From the NCBI GenBank assembly GCA_963777315.1, contig CAVZQC010000002.1, positions 256,001 through 320,000 on the forward strand: DNA of 64,000 bases. Direction: 5' to 3'. The notes beneath the pieces were generated by a model. It saw only the letters and a program-made list of their open reading frames with translations. It had not been told where the DNA came from and ran no database searches. Shown here one piece after another: positions 39,905 through 50,183 of this stretch (positions are counted from its first letter, which is position 1; every line of letters starts with the position of its first letter). The DNA comes from Vulcanimicrobiota bacterium. GTDB taxonomy: Bacteria > Vulcanimicrobiota > Vulcanimicrobiia > Vulcanimicrobiales > Vulcanimicrobiaceae. The position numbers and the translations under genes are program-made.

Positions 39905-41122
39905 ATGGTCGCTACGTCGTTGGTGCTCGCAGTCGCGGCAGGGGTCCTCGCCGGTGCTGCTGCGACGTGGTTCGTCATGCGCGCGTTCGCGCACGCGCGC
40001 ACCACAGGCATCGATGCCATCGCGGCGCGGCTCACGAGCGAACTGCACGAAGCCAACGCGCGGATCGCGCAAACGCAGCGAGATTCGTTTCTGGCGCTTG
40101 CGAACGAGCGGTTTTCCGCCGTGGTTTCTCCGGTACAGCAGAAACTCTCCGAATTCGACGCACTGGTCAAGGCGATAGAAAAGGATCGGATCGGCGCCTA
40201 TGAAGGGCTGCGCGAACAGATCGGCGGCCTCATCGAGCGCAGTGGCAAGATGGAAACTGCCGCCGCGCAGCTCACGTCCGCTTTGCGCAACCCCTCCGTT
40301 CGCGGAAAATGGGGAGAAGTGCAGCTGCGCCGGGTCGTCGAGCTGGCCGGTATGGAGCCCTACTGCGATTACGACGAGCAGCAGACCCTCGATACGGGCG
40401 ACGAGCGCGGACGCCCCGACATGACCGTGGCACTTCCCGGCAACGCGAAGATCTTCGTCGACGCAAAGGTTCCGCTCAGTTCGTACTTGGACGCGGCCGA
40501 ATCTTGCGAGGAATCGCTGCGTCGAGAAAAATTTCGCGGGCACGCCGCGGCGTTCAAGGCGCACGTCGACGCGCTGGCCCGCAAACAGTACCACCGCGCC
40601 GACGGTTCGGTCGACTTCGTCGTGATGTTCGTGCCGGGTGAAGCGTTTCTCAGCGCAGCCTGCAGCGAAAATCCCGAGCTCATCGAGTACGCGGCCGCCA
40701 AAGGCGTGTACATCGCCAGCCCGTTGACGCTCATCGCGCTGCTGCGTTCGTACGCGCTGGGCTGGCAGCAGCGCGCGCAGGAAGAAAACGCCAAGAAGAT
40801 CGCGGAAGCCGCGCGCGTTCTCTACGACCGCATGCGAGCCTTCGTGGGACATTTCTCGGCCATCGGCGCCAGTTTGCAGAAAGCCGCCGAGGCGTACAAC
40901 AGAGCAGTGGGAACGATGGAAAGCCGCGTGCTGCCGCAAGGGCGCAAAATCAAAGAGCTGGCATCGCTGCCGGACGCCGATCTGACCGAACTGCAAGCGG
41001 TGGAAACGGCGCCGCGCGAAATTACCGCTTTGGACGCCGAGACGAGCTTGGACAAGGCTCGCCCGAACGCCAGAACGCGCCCCAATCAGAGCAAGCTTTT
41101 CACCGACGACACGGTGGCGTGA
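39905..41122 (+). CDS. rmuC: DNA recombination protein RmuC
   Basis: N-terminal TM and coiled coil, RGKWGEVQL, RPD, VDAKVPL, DFVVMFVPGE, SPLTL. Confidence 0.93.
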   Translation: MVATSLVLAVAAGVLAGAAATWFVMRAFAHARTTGIDAIAARLTSELHEANARIAQTQRDSFLALANERFSAVVSPVQQKLSEFDALVKAIEKDRIGAYEGLREQIGGLIERSGKMETAAAQLTSALRNPSVRGKWGEVQLRRVVELAGMEPYCDYDEQQTLDTGDERGRPDMTVALPGNAKIFVDAKVPLSSYLDAAESCEESLRREKFRGHAAAFKAHVDALARKQYHRADGSVDFVVMFVPGEAFLSAACSENPELIEYAAAKGVYIASPLTLIALLRSYALGWQQRAQEENAKKIAEAARVLYDRMRAFVGHFSAIGASLQKAAEAYNRAVGTMESRVLPQGRKIKELASLPDADLTELQAVETAPREITALDAETSLDKARPNARTRPNQSKLFTDDTVA

Positions 41123-41125
41123 GGG

Positions 41126-41674
41126 TTAATCGTCGTCTTCGTGTTTGCTTTCGTCACTCTTTAACACCCACAGTGCGCGCTGCACGTGCTGCTGCGGATG
41201 CTCGAGGTCGGTCAGCGTCGATATGATTTGCCCGTTCGGCGCGATCACGTACGAGGTGCGGTTGGCATACGACGGATTCTGCGGCAGCACCGCATCGTAT
41301 TGCTTGGCTACCGTCAGCGACGGATCGGCGGCTACGGGAAACTTGCTGCGACATTCGCTGACCGAGAATCTGTTGAGTGTGTCGATCGTGTCGTGCGAAA
41401 CGCCGATCACGGTGGCGTGCAAGGCTTTGAATTGCCCCATGGCGTCGGCAAACGTGTGTGCCTCGATCGTGCATCCCTTAGTGAAGGCAGCCGGATAGAA
41501 GTAGAGCACGACCGGGCCGCGTTTGAGGGCGTCGGCAAGATCGAACGTGAAGACTTTTCCGCCCAGCGAGGCTTGCGCTGTAAATTCAGGGGCGGATTTG
41601 CCTACGGAGAGCGCGGCAAGGGCCGGCACAGCGAGAACGGCGGCCAGGGCCAGGGCGGCGATCGTAACGCGCAT
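41126..41674 (-). CDS. Exported peroxiredoxin (BCP/PrxQ-like)
   Basis: Signal peptide, VLYFYPAAFTKGCTIEA, GVSHD, RTSYVI. Confidence 0.9.
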   Translation of the reverse strand: MRVTIAALALAAVLAVPALAALSVGKSAPEFTAQASLGGKVFTFDLADALKRGPVVLYFYPAAFTKGCTIEAHTFADAMGQFKALHATVIGVSHDTIDTLNRFSVSECRSKFPVAADPSLTVAKQYDAVLPQNPSYANRTSYVIAPNGQIISTLTDLEHPQQHVQRALWVLKSDESKHEDDD

Positions 41675-41744
41675 GTGAGAAAAACCTCCGATTTGCATGG
41701 TTCACGGCAGCGCGAAGCGCGGCCTTCGGGGAAAAACAACGAGC

Positions 41745-42467
41745 ATGGCTGACTGGTCCTCGTACTTCGCCCGGATGGAAGGCTCTCCAATTTCGATCGC
41801 CGTGGATCTGGACTTGCGCGATACGGCGCCGCTGAGCGATAAACCGTCCGCTTATACCGTCGCGCTGGCCTTGCGCCGGCCGGACGAACACGGCATGACC
41901 GACCAGAGCGAATACCGGGCGCTGGGGGAGATCGAAGAGGAACTGCTCGCGGCCTTGGAACCGCACGGAATCATCGAGGTGGGCCGAGTGACCGGCCGCG
42001 GCATGCGCACGTTCCACTATTACGGACCGCAAGTGGACAACACCGCGCAACTGGTCGCGCAAGTGATGAACGCTCATGCCGAATACAAGTATCGCGCGCT
42101 CGCCGCCGACGATGCTTCGTGGACTATCTATACTGCGTACCTCTATCCGGACGACAACCAGTTGGCCTTTGCCAACGACATGAAGGCCTTGCAGGCGCTG
42201 CTGGAAGCCGGCGACGATTTCGAGCGACCGCGGCCCATCGAGCACACGATTACGTTCGACGATGCGGAAAAGCGCGACGTCTTTGCACGAGCGATGGCGG
42301 ACCACGGTTACGATCTCGCCGTCGAGCAAATGCCGATCGCCGTGCGCTGCAGCAAGCGCGACACGATCGATCCGTTCAAAATCACCGAGATGCGCACGGC
42401 GCTCACGACGTTGGCCGAGGAGTTCGGCGGCTTTTATTCCGGCTGGGCGACCGTGGTCCAGCAGTAA
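41745..42467 (+). CDS. DUF695 + RraB-like domain protein
   Basis: W..Y, GRVTGRGMRTFHYY, W..Y..YLYP, L.EAGDD...RPIEH, GGFYSGW. Confidence 0.78.
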   Translation: MADWSSYFARMEGSPISIAVDLDLRDTAPLSDKPSAYTVALALRRPDEHGMTDQSEYRALGEIEEELLAALEPHGIIEVGRVTGRGMRTFHYYGPQVDNTAQLVAQVMNAHAEYKYRALAADDASWTIYTAYLYPDDNQLAFANDMKALQALLEAGDDFERPRPIEHTITFDDAEKRDVFARAMADHGYDLAVEQMPIAVRCSKRDTIDPFKITEMRTALTTLAEEFGGFYSGWATVVQQ

Positions 42468-42500
42468 AACTCGCCGCGATCTGCCCTACGCTCCCGACCG

Positions 42501-42687
42501 GTAGACACTGGCCGCCAATCGGCCGTACACTCCCGACCTGCAACCGCTGGCGGATTTTCCTCGTAAAAATCCGCCGCTACGCCGCATTTTTGCGAAAGCA
42601 AGGCTTTGAAACGGACATCCTGTCCGGCGCAAAAATGTCGGAGTTTGCCGGTCGGGAGTGTACGGCCGATTGGCGGCCGGTGTCTAC
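42501..42687. repeat. REPIN/MITE-like element with 43-bp terminal inverted repeats starting GTAG
   Basis: 42501-42543 and 42645-42687 are reverse complements with 2 mismatches, and the interior has nested hairpins. Confidence 0.85.
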
Positions 42688-43833
42688 AGCCCCATCATTC
42701 GCGCGATCACCATGCGCTGCACTTCGTTGGTGCCCTCGCCGATTTCGTTGATCTTCTGATCGCGGTACATGCGCGATACGGGGTACTCGTCCATGAAGCC
42801 GTAGCCGCCGTGCACCTGCAGCGCTTCATTGACCACCCGCCGTGAAACTTCGGCAGCGTACCAGCTTCGCCAAACTCGCGGCTTGGGAGAAGTCGCGCTT
42901 GTTGTCTTTCTCCCATGCGGCTTTGAGTACCATGAGTTCGGCGTGCTCGATTTCCATGAGCATGTCGACGAGTTTGAATTGAATGGCCTGGAACTTGCTT
43001 ATAGGGCGGCCGAACGCGGTGCGCTCCTTGGCGTACTTGAGCGCCTCGTCATATGCGCCGCGCGCGAGGCCGACGGACAGCGCCGCGACCGAAATGCGGC
43101 CGCCGTCCAGAATCGTCAAAAAGTTCTTGAGGCCGTCTCCGCGCGCTCCGAGGACGTTTTCTTCGGGAACCTGGGCGTCGACGAACGAAAGTTCGCGCGT
43201 ATCGGACGCGCGCCAGCCCATCTTTTTATACTTCTTGCTGCGCGCGAACCCGGGCGTATTCTGATCGACGATAAGGTTGGTGATTTCGGGTTTGCCGTCG
43301 GGGCGGGTGGCCGTGACGGCGGTGATCGTGGTGCCGCCGCTGATGTCCGTGCCGCTATTGGTGATAAAGGCTTTGGTGCCGTTGACGATCCACTTGCCGT
43401 CCTTGAGCACGGCTTTCGTCTGCGTGTTGCCCGCATCGCTGCCTGCTGCGGGTTCGGTCAACCCGAAGCCCCAGAGCATGCGGCCTTGCGCGAGAGGAAC
43501 CAAATACTTCTGCTTTTGCGCTTCGGTGCCGAACAGGTAGAAGGGACTCGCCCCCAGCGACACGTTCGCAGCCAGCGTTATCGCCGTGGAAGCGTCCGCG
43601 CGCGCCAGCTCCATCACCGCCAACGCGTAGCTGACCGTATCGGCACCCGCACCGCCGTACTCTTCGGGAAACGGCAAGCCCATCAAGCCCAATTCGGCCA
43701 TCTGCTTGACGAGATCGTACGGGAAGGCTTCCTCGCGATCCATCTGTTCGGCACGCGGCGCGACGCGTTCCATCGCGAACTCACGGACGGTTCGGCGAAT
43801 GGCCGACTGTTCGTCTGTTAGGTCAAAGTTCAT
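42684..43833 (-). CDS. Acyl-CoA dehydrogenase (+1 indel near 42861)
   Basis: PEEYGGAG, GLTEPAAGSDA, NGTKAFITN, RTAFGRPI; after the shift QVHGGYGF and EIGEGTNEVQR. Confidence 0.92.
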
Positions 43834-43882
43834 TATAGCCGGAGGTATCCGCCCCGCCGGTTTGAAAACCCCTCTTGCAGCG

Positions 43883-44593
43883 ATGATCTCATTACGCGGC
43901 GTTTCACTCGTGTATCCGAACGGAGTGCGCGCCATCGACCGCATCGATCTCGCGATCGGAAAAGGCGAGTTTCTCTTTCTCGTCGGGCACTCGGGAACGG
44001 GAAAATCCAGCCTCCTGCGGCTGCTGTACCGCGAGATGGCGCCGTCGACCGGCGAGATCACCGTCGACGGCATCCGCGTCGACCGCCTGCGGCGTCCCCG
44101 CATTCCTGCGCTTCGCCGGCATCTGGGCGTCGTGTTCCAAGATTACAAACTTTTAACCGACAAGACGGTTTGGGAAAACGTCGGCTTCGCGCTGCAGGTT
44201 ACCGGCGCGCACACCAAAGACGTCATGCGGCAGGTTCCACGCTGCTTGGATCTGGTGGGCCTTTCGCACAAGAGCCGCATGTACCCCGGCGAACTTTCCG
44301 GCGGCGAGCAGCAGCGCACTGCAATCGCGCGCGCACTGGTCAACAATCCCAAGATACTGCTCTGCGACGAGCCGACGGGCAATTTGGACCCGCAGAACAC
44401 GACCGAGATCATGGAACTGCTCGGTCGCATCAATCTCAAGGGCACGACAGTCGTCGTGGCCACGCACAACCAAGCCGTGGTCGACCGCATGCGGCGCCGC
44501 GTGGTTCGGCTCGACAACGGCCGGATCGTCACCGACGAAGAGCGAGGCTACTACTTCCTTGGACTGGGGCAAAACCAAATTCTTTCTGGGTGA
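43883..44593 (+). CDS. ftsE: Cell division ABC ATPase FtsE
   Basis: GHSGTGKS, VVFQDYKLL, LSGGEQQR, DEPTGNLD, ATH. Confidence 0.95.
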   Translation: MISLRGVSLVYPNGVRAIDRIDLAIGKGEFLFLVGHSGTGKSSLLRLLYREMAPSTGEITVDGIRVDRLRRPRIPALRRHLGVVFQDYKLLTDKTVWENVGFALQVTGAHTKDVMRQVPRCLDLVGLSHKSRMYPGELSGGEQQRTAIARALVNNPKILLCDEPTGNLDPQNTTEIMELLGRINLKGTTVVVATHNQAVVDRMRRRVVRLDNGRIVTDEERGYYFLGLGQNQILSG

Positions 44594-45440
44594 AGTGCTG
44601 CGCAACTTTACCCGCAACGCCGGTATGCAGGCAACGGCAATCGGTACGGTTGCCGTGACTATCGTGCTGCTGGGCGCCTTTCTCTACGTGCGCGCGAGCG
44701 TCGCGCACATGGGCAGCGACGTGCTCAGCCAAATCGCGATCTCCGTATACATGAATCCCGACGCAAGCACCTCGCAAATCGAGTCCACGCGTACGGCGCT
44801 GGCCAAAGACAAACGCGTGCTGGACGCGCAGTACGTGCCCAAAAAAGAGGGCTTGGAAGAGCTTCGCCGGCGCATGAAAGGCCAAATCGACACGTCGATA
44901 TTGACGCAAAACCCGCTGCCGGATAAATTTCGCGTGCACGTGCGCGATGCCGTGCAAGTCCCCGCCGTTGCCGCTTCGCTGCGAAAACTCCCCGGAGTGC
45001 AAAACGTCGATTACGGCCAGGACGTGGTGCGGCGGCTGCTTCAACTGGGCGCAGTGGCGCGCCGAGCCGGCATCGCCGTCATCGCGCTGTTCGTCCTGGT
45101 CGCGGGCATCATCATTTCCAACACGATCCGCTTGACCGTTTTCGCCCGCCGGCGCGAGATATCGATCATGCAGCTCGTCGGCGCCACCAACATGTACATC
45201 CGCATGCCGTTCATCTGCGAAGGGCTGCTGGACGGCCTGCTCGGTGCGGCGGTGGCCATCGGACTGCTCGCACTCGCGCACGCCTCGCTAATGCCCAAAC
45301 TCGCGGCGGCGCTGCCGTGGGTTCAAATGAACGTCGTGCAGATCGACCTCTCCTCACTGGTGCTGCAATTGGTCGCAGTCGGCAGCGCGGTCGGGGTGGT
45401 CGCTTCATGGATAGCAGTCGGACGTTACCTACGGACGTAA
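44559..45440 (+). CDS. ftsX: Cell division permease-like protein FtsX
   Basis: NPLP, ISNTIRLTVFARRREISIMQLVGAT..YIRMPFICEG. Confidence 0.95.
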   Translation: MDWGKTKFFLGEVLRNFTRNAGMQATAIGTVAVTIVLLGAFLYVRASVAHMGSDVLSQIAISVYMNPDASTSQIESTRTALAKDKRVLDAQYVPKKEGLEELRRRMKGQIDTSILTQNPLPDKFRVHVRDAVQVPAVAASLRKLPGVQNVDYGQDVVRRLLQLGAVARRAGIAVIALFVLVAGIIISNTIRLTVFARRREISIMQLVGATNMYIRMPFICEGLLDGLLGAAVAIGLLALAHASLMPKLAAALPWVQMNVVQIDLSSLVLQLVAVGSAVGVVASWIAVGRYLRT

Positions 45441-46487
45441 GCCACGAGCTGCTCGACGAGCTCGTCGCCTCGAAGCGCCTGGTCGAAACGCTCGCGCGCA
45501 TGGTCGCCGAGGGCTTGATCCAGCTCGACGAGCAGCATCGCATCGTGCGTTTCAATCCCGCCGCGGAACGCATGCTGGGATATTCGGCAGGGAGCGTCAT
45601 GGGAACCCAGCTCGAGCTCGGTGCTGCACGAATCCGCGCTTGCGGATCCTTTGGACTTTTCCGAACGCACGCAGGCGCATTCCGTACAGCTGGTTTTCCG
45701 CGACACCGCCGGCAGGCCGGTTCACGTGCAGGCGCGCTGCGTTCCGGTGCTGCGCGATGGGTGCCCCGAAGGATGGGTGCTGGCCTTCAACGCTACGCGG
45801 CGTGCCGATGAAATCGAGCAGCTCAAGAACGAGCTCGTGAGCACGGTATCCCACGAGCTCAAAACGCCGCTGGCGGCGATTAAAGCGTATACGGCCACGC
45901 TGCGGCATAACCCGTCGCTGTACGAAACGCGCCGCAACGAATTTCTGGAAGTCGTAGAGCAGCAGGCGGATCGCCTGGCCCGCCTGGTCGACGACATGCT
46001 CGTCGTCACGCGTGTCGAAACCGGCCAAATGCTGCGCCGCCGCCTGCGCGTGCCGCTGCAGTCCATCTTGGACGCGGCGATCGACGAGATCGCCGTCGAT
46101 CCGGTAAAGTACTCGATCGAATGCCGCGGGCCGGGCGTAGAGGTTTCCGGCGATCCCGATCGTTTACGCGACGTCTTTCGCAACGTGATCGAGAATGCGG
46201 TCAAGTATTCGCCCGAAGGCGGCCGCATCGTGATTACGGCGTGCGAATCGGGTGGTTACACGCGGATAGAAGTGCGGGACAGCGGCGTAGGCATCCCCGA
46301 AGAGGACTTGCCGTACATTTACGATCGGTTCTATCGCGCTCAATCGGATACCGCGCCGCAGGCCGGCGGAAGCGGGCTAGGACTGTACATCGTCAATGCT
46401 CTGGTGCGCGCGCACGGCGGCACGATCGACGTTCGCAGCGAGCCGGGTGAAGGCACGGCATTCACCGTGAAGCTGCCGCTGCGATGA
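45407..46487 (+). CDS. Cytoplasmic PAS sensor histidine kinase (+1 indel near 45620)
   Basis: FNPAAERMLGY (PAS); SHELKTPL, NAVKYS, DSGVGI and GSGLGL in the second frame. Confidence 0.88.
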
Positions 46488-47434
46488 GGCGGCCCGACGA
46501 AGCCGCCGGCAAACGGATCTTGGTTGTGGACGACGATCGAAACTTGCGCAAAATCATTCAGACGAACTTGGAACTGGCCGGATACGACGTCTCGACCGCG
46601 GCCGGCGGCGACGAAGCGATGCACGTGCTCGATTCCATGCAGCCCGATCTGGTCGTGCTCGACGTCATGATGCCCGTGATGGACGGCTTCGAAGTTGCCC
46701 GGCGCATACGCCGGCATCCATCCAATACGCACGTGCCCATCATCATGCTGACCGCCAAGGGTGAAGTCGAGGACAAGCTCGAGGGCTTCGAAGCGGGCGC
46801 CGACGACTACATGACCAAACCCTTCGGGCCGCAGGAGCTGCTCGCGCGCGTCAAAGCAAAAATTCGGCGCGTCGAGGTCGATTCGTCGCTCTCACCGCTC
46901 ACGCGGCTGCCGGGCAATCTTGCCATTGAAGCCGAACTGCGCCGGCGCATCGACACGAACGCGCCGTTCGCGGTGCTCTACCTGGATTTGGACAACTTCA
47001 AGGCATTCAACGACGTGTACGGGTTCACGCACGGCGACGAGGCAATTCAGCTGGTCGCGACCACGTCGGTCGATCAAGTTCGGCGGCGCGGAACGCCGCA
47101 AGACTTCGTCGGGCACATCGGCGGGGACGACTTCATCATCGTCACGCTTCCGGGCCGCGCGGAGGAGATCGCGCGCGCCATCATCGACACCTTTGACGGC
47201 GAGATTCGCACCTTGTACACCGCGCAAGATCTGCGGCAAGGCTACATCGAAACGCGCGACCGGCGCGGAACCCTCAACCGCTTTCCGATCATGTCGCTCT
47301 CGGTGGCCGTCATCTCCAACGAACAGCGCAAACTGGAAAATTACGCGCAAATCGGCGAGGCCGCCGCCGAGCTCAAGCGCTACGCCAAATCGATAGCCGG
47401 TTCGGTGTACGTCAAGGACAAGCGGCGCAAGTGA
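46484..47434 (+). CDS. Response regulator with GGDEF-family domain (GGDDF)
   Basis: LVVDDD, LDVMMP, KPF; PLTRLPGN, DLDNFKAFNDVYG..GD, HIGGDDF. Confidence 0.92.
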   Translation: MRRPDEAAGKRILVVDDDRNLRKIIQTNLELAGYDVSTAAGGDEAMHVLDSMQPDLVVLDVMMPVMDGFEVARRIRRHPSNTHVPIIMLTAKGEVEDKLEGFEAGADDYMTKPFGPQELLARVKAKIRRVEVDSSLSPLTRLPGNLAIEAELRRRIDTNAPFAVLYLDLDNFKAFNDVYGFTHGDEAIQLVATTSVDQVRRRGTPQDFVGHIGGDDFIIVTLPGRAEEIARAIIDTFDGEIRTLYTAQDLRQGYIETRDRRGTLNRFPIMSLSVAVISNEQRKLENYAQIGEAAAELKRYAKSIAGSVYVKDKRRK

Positions 47435-48636
47435 ACCGCTGCGATCGCGCGCGTATCTGGAGGGCGGCCGCAGCTGCGCTGCTGCTGGCCGGCGCGATGC
47501 CGCCGGCGGCACATTCGTCCGGCATCGATGCGCGCATTCAAGCCGAACGCGAAAAGGCCCAGACACTGCAGGCCAAACTGCACGAAAAGCGCACGCAGCT
47601 GCACGCGGCCACGATTCGCGTGGGCAATCTGCAAACGCAGCTGGCACGGACGAATACGGCGATTTCGCAGGTCAACGGTCGTTTGGACGATCTGGCGGCG
47701 CAGGCGCGCAGCACGCAAATCAAGATCGATTGGAACACGATCCAACTGGACGCGGCGCGCAAGACGCTCAAGCTGCACGACGGCTTGCTCAAGCGTCGTC
47801 TGGTCGACGTGTACGAGCACGGCGACATGGGATACTTGGGCGTGCTGCTCGCGTCGCATTCGTTCAGCGACTTCGTCGAGCGCTGGGAAGATCTGCGCTT
47901 GCTCATTGCGGCCAATCAGCGTGCCGTGCGCGAGCGCAAGCTGGCCGAGCAAAAGGTTTCCGCCGCGCAATCCGATTTGGAATCCACGCAAACCGCTCTG
48001 CTGAGCGAGCAGCAGGAGCAACAGCGCGCGCGCAACCAGCTCGACACGCTGGCCGACGAACGCCGCAACCTGGTCGCAGCGGCGCAGGACCAGCGCGAGC
48101 ACGTTGCGGGCGAAGTGGCGCAGATCGAGGATCTTTCCGCGACCGAAGAGGCGCAGTTGGAAGCGCTCATCGTCGAGCGCCAGCGCGAGATCGAAGCTGC
48201 GCGGGAAGCGGCGCGCCGGGCTGCGGGCATCGTGGGGCAACAGAGCGCACCGGGCGTTTTGGCCTGGCCCGTGTCCGGCACGATAACCTCGCCGTTCGGC
48301 TACCGGCGCAACCCCTTCGGAGGCGGACTGGAGTTCCATCAGGGTCTAGATATCGCGGCGCCCACAGGAACGACGGTGACGGCCGCCTCGAGCGGTACGG
48401 TCATTTCGGCGGGGTGGTACGGCGGCTACGGCAACTATATCCTCATCGACCACGGCGGGGGGATGGCCACCGGCTACGGGCATCTCTCGCAAATTTTCGT
48501 TTCCGCCGGGCAGCAGGTACAAAAAGGGCAGGCGATAGGAGCCGTCGGTTCGACCGGCATGTCGACCGGACCGCACCTGCATTTCGAAGTCCGGCTGAAC
48601 GGAAAACCGACCGATCCGGCGGCATACTTGCACTAG
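47431..48636 (+). CDS. EnvC-like coiled-coil M23 peptidase
   Basis: Signal peptide, long coiled coil, intact HQGLD, YGH and STGPHLHFE zinc motifs. Confidence 0.92.
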   Translation: MNRCDRARIWRAAAAALLLAGAMPPAAHSSGIDARIQAEREKAQTLQAKLHEKRTQLHAATIRVGNLQTQLARTNTAISQVNGRLDDLAAQARSTQIKIDWNTIQLDAARKTLKLHDGLLKRRLVDVYEHGDMGYLGVLLASHSFSDFVERWEDLRLLIAANQRAVRERKLAEQKVSAAQSDLESTQTALLSEQQEQQRARNQLDTLADERRNLVAAAQDQREHVAGEVAQIEDLSATEEAQLEALIVERQREIEAAREAARRAAGIVGQQSAPGVLAWPVSGTITSPFGYRRNPFGGGLEFHQGLDIAAPTGTTVTAASSGTVISAGWYGGYGNYILIDHGGGMATGYGHLSQIFVSAGQQVQKGQAIGAVGSTGMSTGPHLHFEVRLNGKPTDPAAYLH

Positions 48637-48740
48637 CGGGCATTCCGGCCCAGCGCGAGGGCCGAACCGAAACCGACACCCCCGCATATGGGTACTAACG
48701 GGGTAGCCCCGCACGCCGCAGGAAGGACGCTTGTTCCGCA

Positions 48741-50177
48741 GTGCCAACCGCTATCCGCGCAATTTTAGCAGCGCTGCTGGTCGCCATAGTTGCGTTTGCC
48801 GGCGCGCTGTATGTGGGGTACCATCGCGGTCTGACGGCTGCCGAAAGCCACTTCGATTCAGGTTCGGATAAGGTCGCTTCGCTGGACCTGCGCAATCTGC
48901 TCGGACCCGGCGTCGTCGACGATCAGCTGGTCGGGCTTGCGTTCCGGCAGGTCGAACGCGTGTATTATCGCCCCGTCGAATCCCAGACGCTCGTCAACGG
49001 CGAGCGCACCGGTTTGCTTGCATACCTGCGCGCTTCGCTCAAAGCCAAACACGTGCAGGTGACGCCGTCGCTTCCCAGCGTGCAGGCCACCGACGATCAA
49101 GCGCAAGATTTGCATGCGGTGGATCGACAGCTGGCCTACGCGCAGGACCATTACGCGCAGTATTTGGGAAACGCGGGCCGCACCGGCTTAACGACCGCCG
49201 CGCTCAACGGTATGCTGGGGTCGCTCGGAGATCCGTATACCGTCTATCTCACGCCCGATCAGATCCGCCAGCTGAACGAACAGCTCAACGGCGGCAACTT
49301 CGGCGGCATCGGCGTGTTCATTTATCAGCTCAAGAACGGCAAAGTGATCCTTCAGCCGATAGAGGGATTGCCGGCCGCGCGCGCGGGCATGAAGGGCGAC
49401 GAAGTCGTCCAGACGATAGACGGCTCTTCGATCTCGGGTTTTGCACTGGACAAGGTCGAGCGCATGATCCGCGGGCCCGAAGGCACCGCCGTGACGATCA
49501 CGACGCATCCGTACGAAAAGCCCAAACCTCTGCGGCGCTACCGCATCACGCGCGAAATCATTCACGTGCCTACCGTTCACGCCAAGATGGAGAACGGTTA
49601 CGAATACATCCGCCTTTCCGATTTCGGAGAGACGTCCGCGGACGAGGTCCATAAGGCGCTCCTGGACGGAAAAGCGCATGGAGCCAAAGGCGTCATTCTG
49701 GATCTGCGCAACAACGGCGGCGGCCTGCTGGACGCAGCGGTGAACATCTCGAGCTTTTTCATCCCGCGCGGAGTAATCGTCACCGAGATCGACCGGTACG
49801 GCAACCGGCAGCCGCAAAACGCGACCGGAGCCGTGATGCACGGTGTTACGCCTTTGGTCGTGCTGGTCAACGCATACACCGCCAGCGCATCGGAGATCAC
49901 CTCCGGAGCGCTGCAGGATTACAAGCTCGGGACCCTGATCGGAACCAAAACGTTCGGCAAAGGCGTCGTGCAAGGCATCTTCTCGATGCCCAACGGCGGA
50001 GCGCTCAAGATTACGACCGAGCGTTACCTCACCCCATCCGGCCGCGATATTCAGCACAAGGGAATCGCGCCCAACATCGTCGTCCCCCAGAACCCCGCGG
50101 CCCTGCAAATCATCGACACGCCGCACGACAAACAACTTGCGGCCGCCAAGGCATTTTTAGACCGTCTCACACGTTAG
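48741..50177 (+). CDS. S41 carboxy-terminal processing protease
   Basis: GDPYT, PDZ, LDLRNNGGGLL, TASASEI, TFGKGVVQ, YLTPSG. Confidence 0.93.
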   Translation: MPTAIRAILAALLVAIVAFAGALYVGYHRGLTAAESHFDSGSDKVASLDLRNLLGPGVVDDQLVGLAFRQVERVYYRPVESQTLVNGERTGLLAYLRASLKAKHVQVTPSLPSVQATDDQAQDLHAVDRQLAYAQDHYAQYLGNAGRTGLTTAALNGMLGSLGDPYTVYLTPDQIRQLNEQLNGGNFGGIGVFIYQLKNGKVILQPIEGLPAARAGMKGDEVVQTIDGSSISGFALDKVERMIRGPEGTAVTITTHPYEKPKPLRRYRITREIIHVPTVHAKMENGYEYIRLSDFGETSADEVHKALLDGKAHGAKGVILDLRNNGGGLLDAAVNISSFFIPRGVIVTEIDRYGNRQPQNATGAVMHGVTPLVVLVNAYTASASEITSGALQDYKLGTLIGTKTFGKGVVQGIFSMPNGGALKITTERYLTPSGRDIQHKGIAPNIVVPQNPAALQIIDTPHDKQLAAAKAFLDRLTR

Positions 50178-50183
50178 GAAGAT

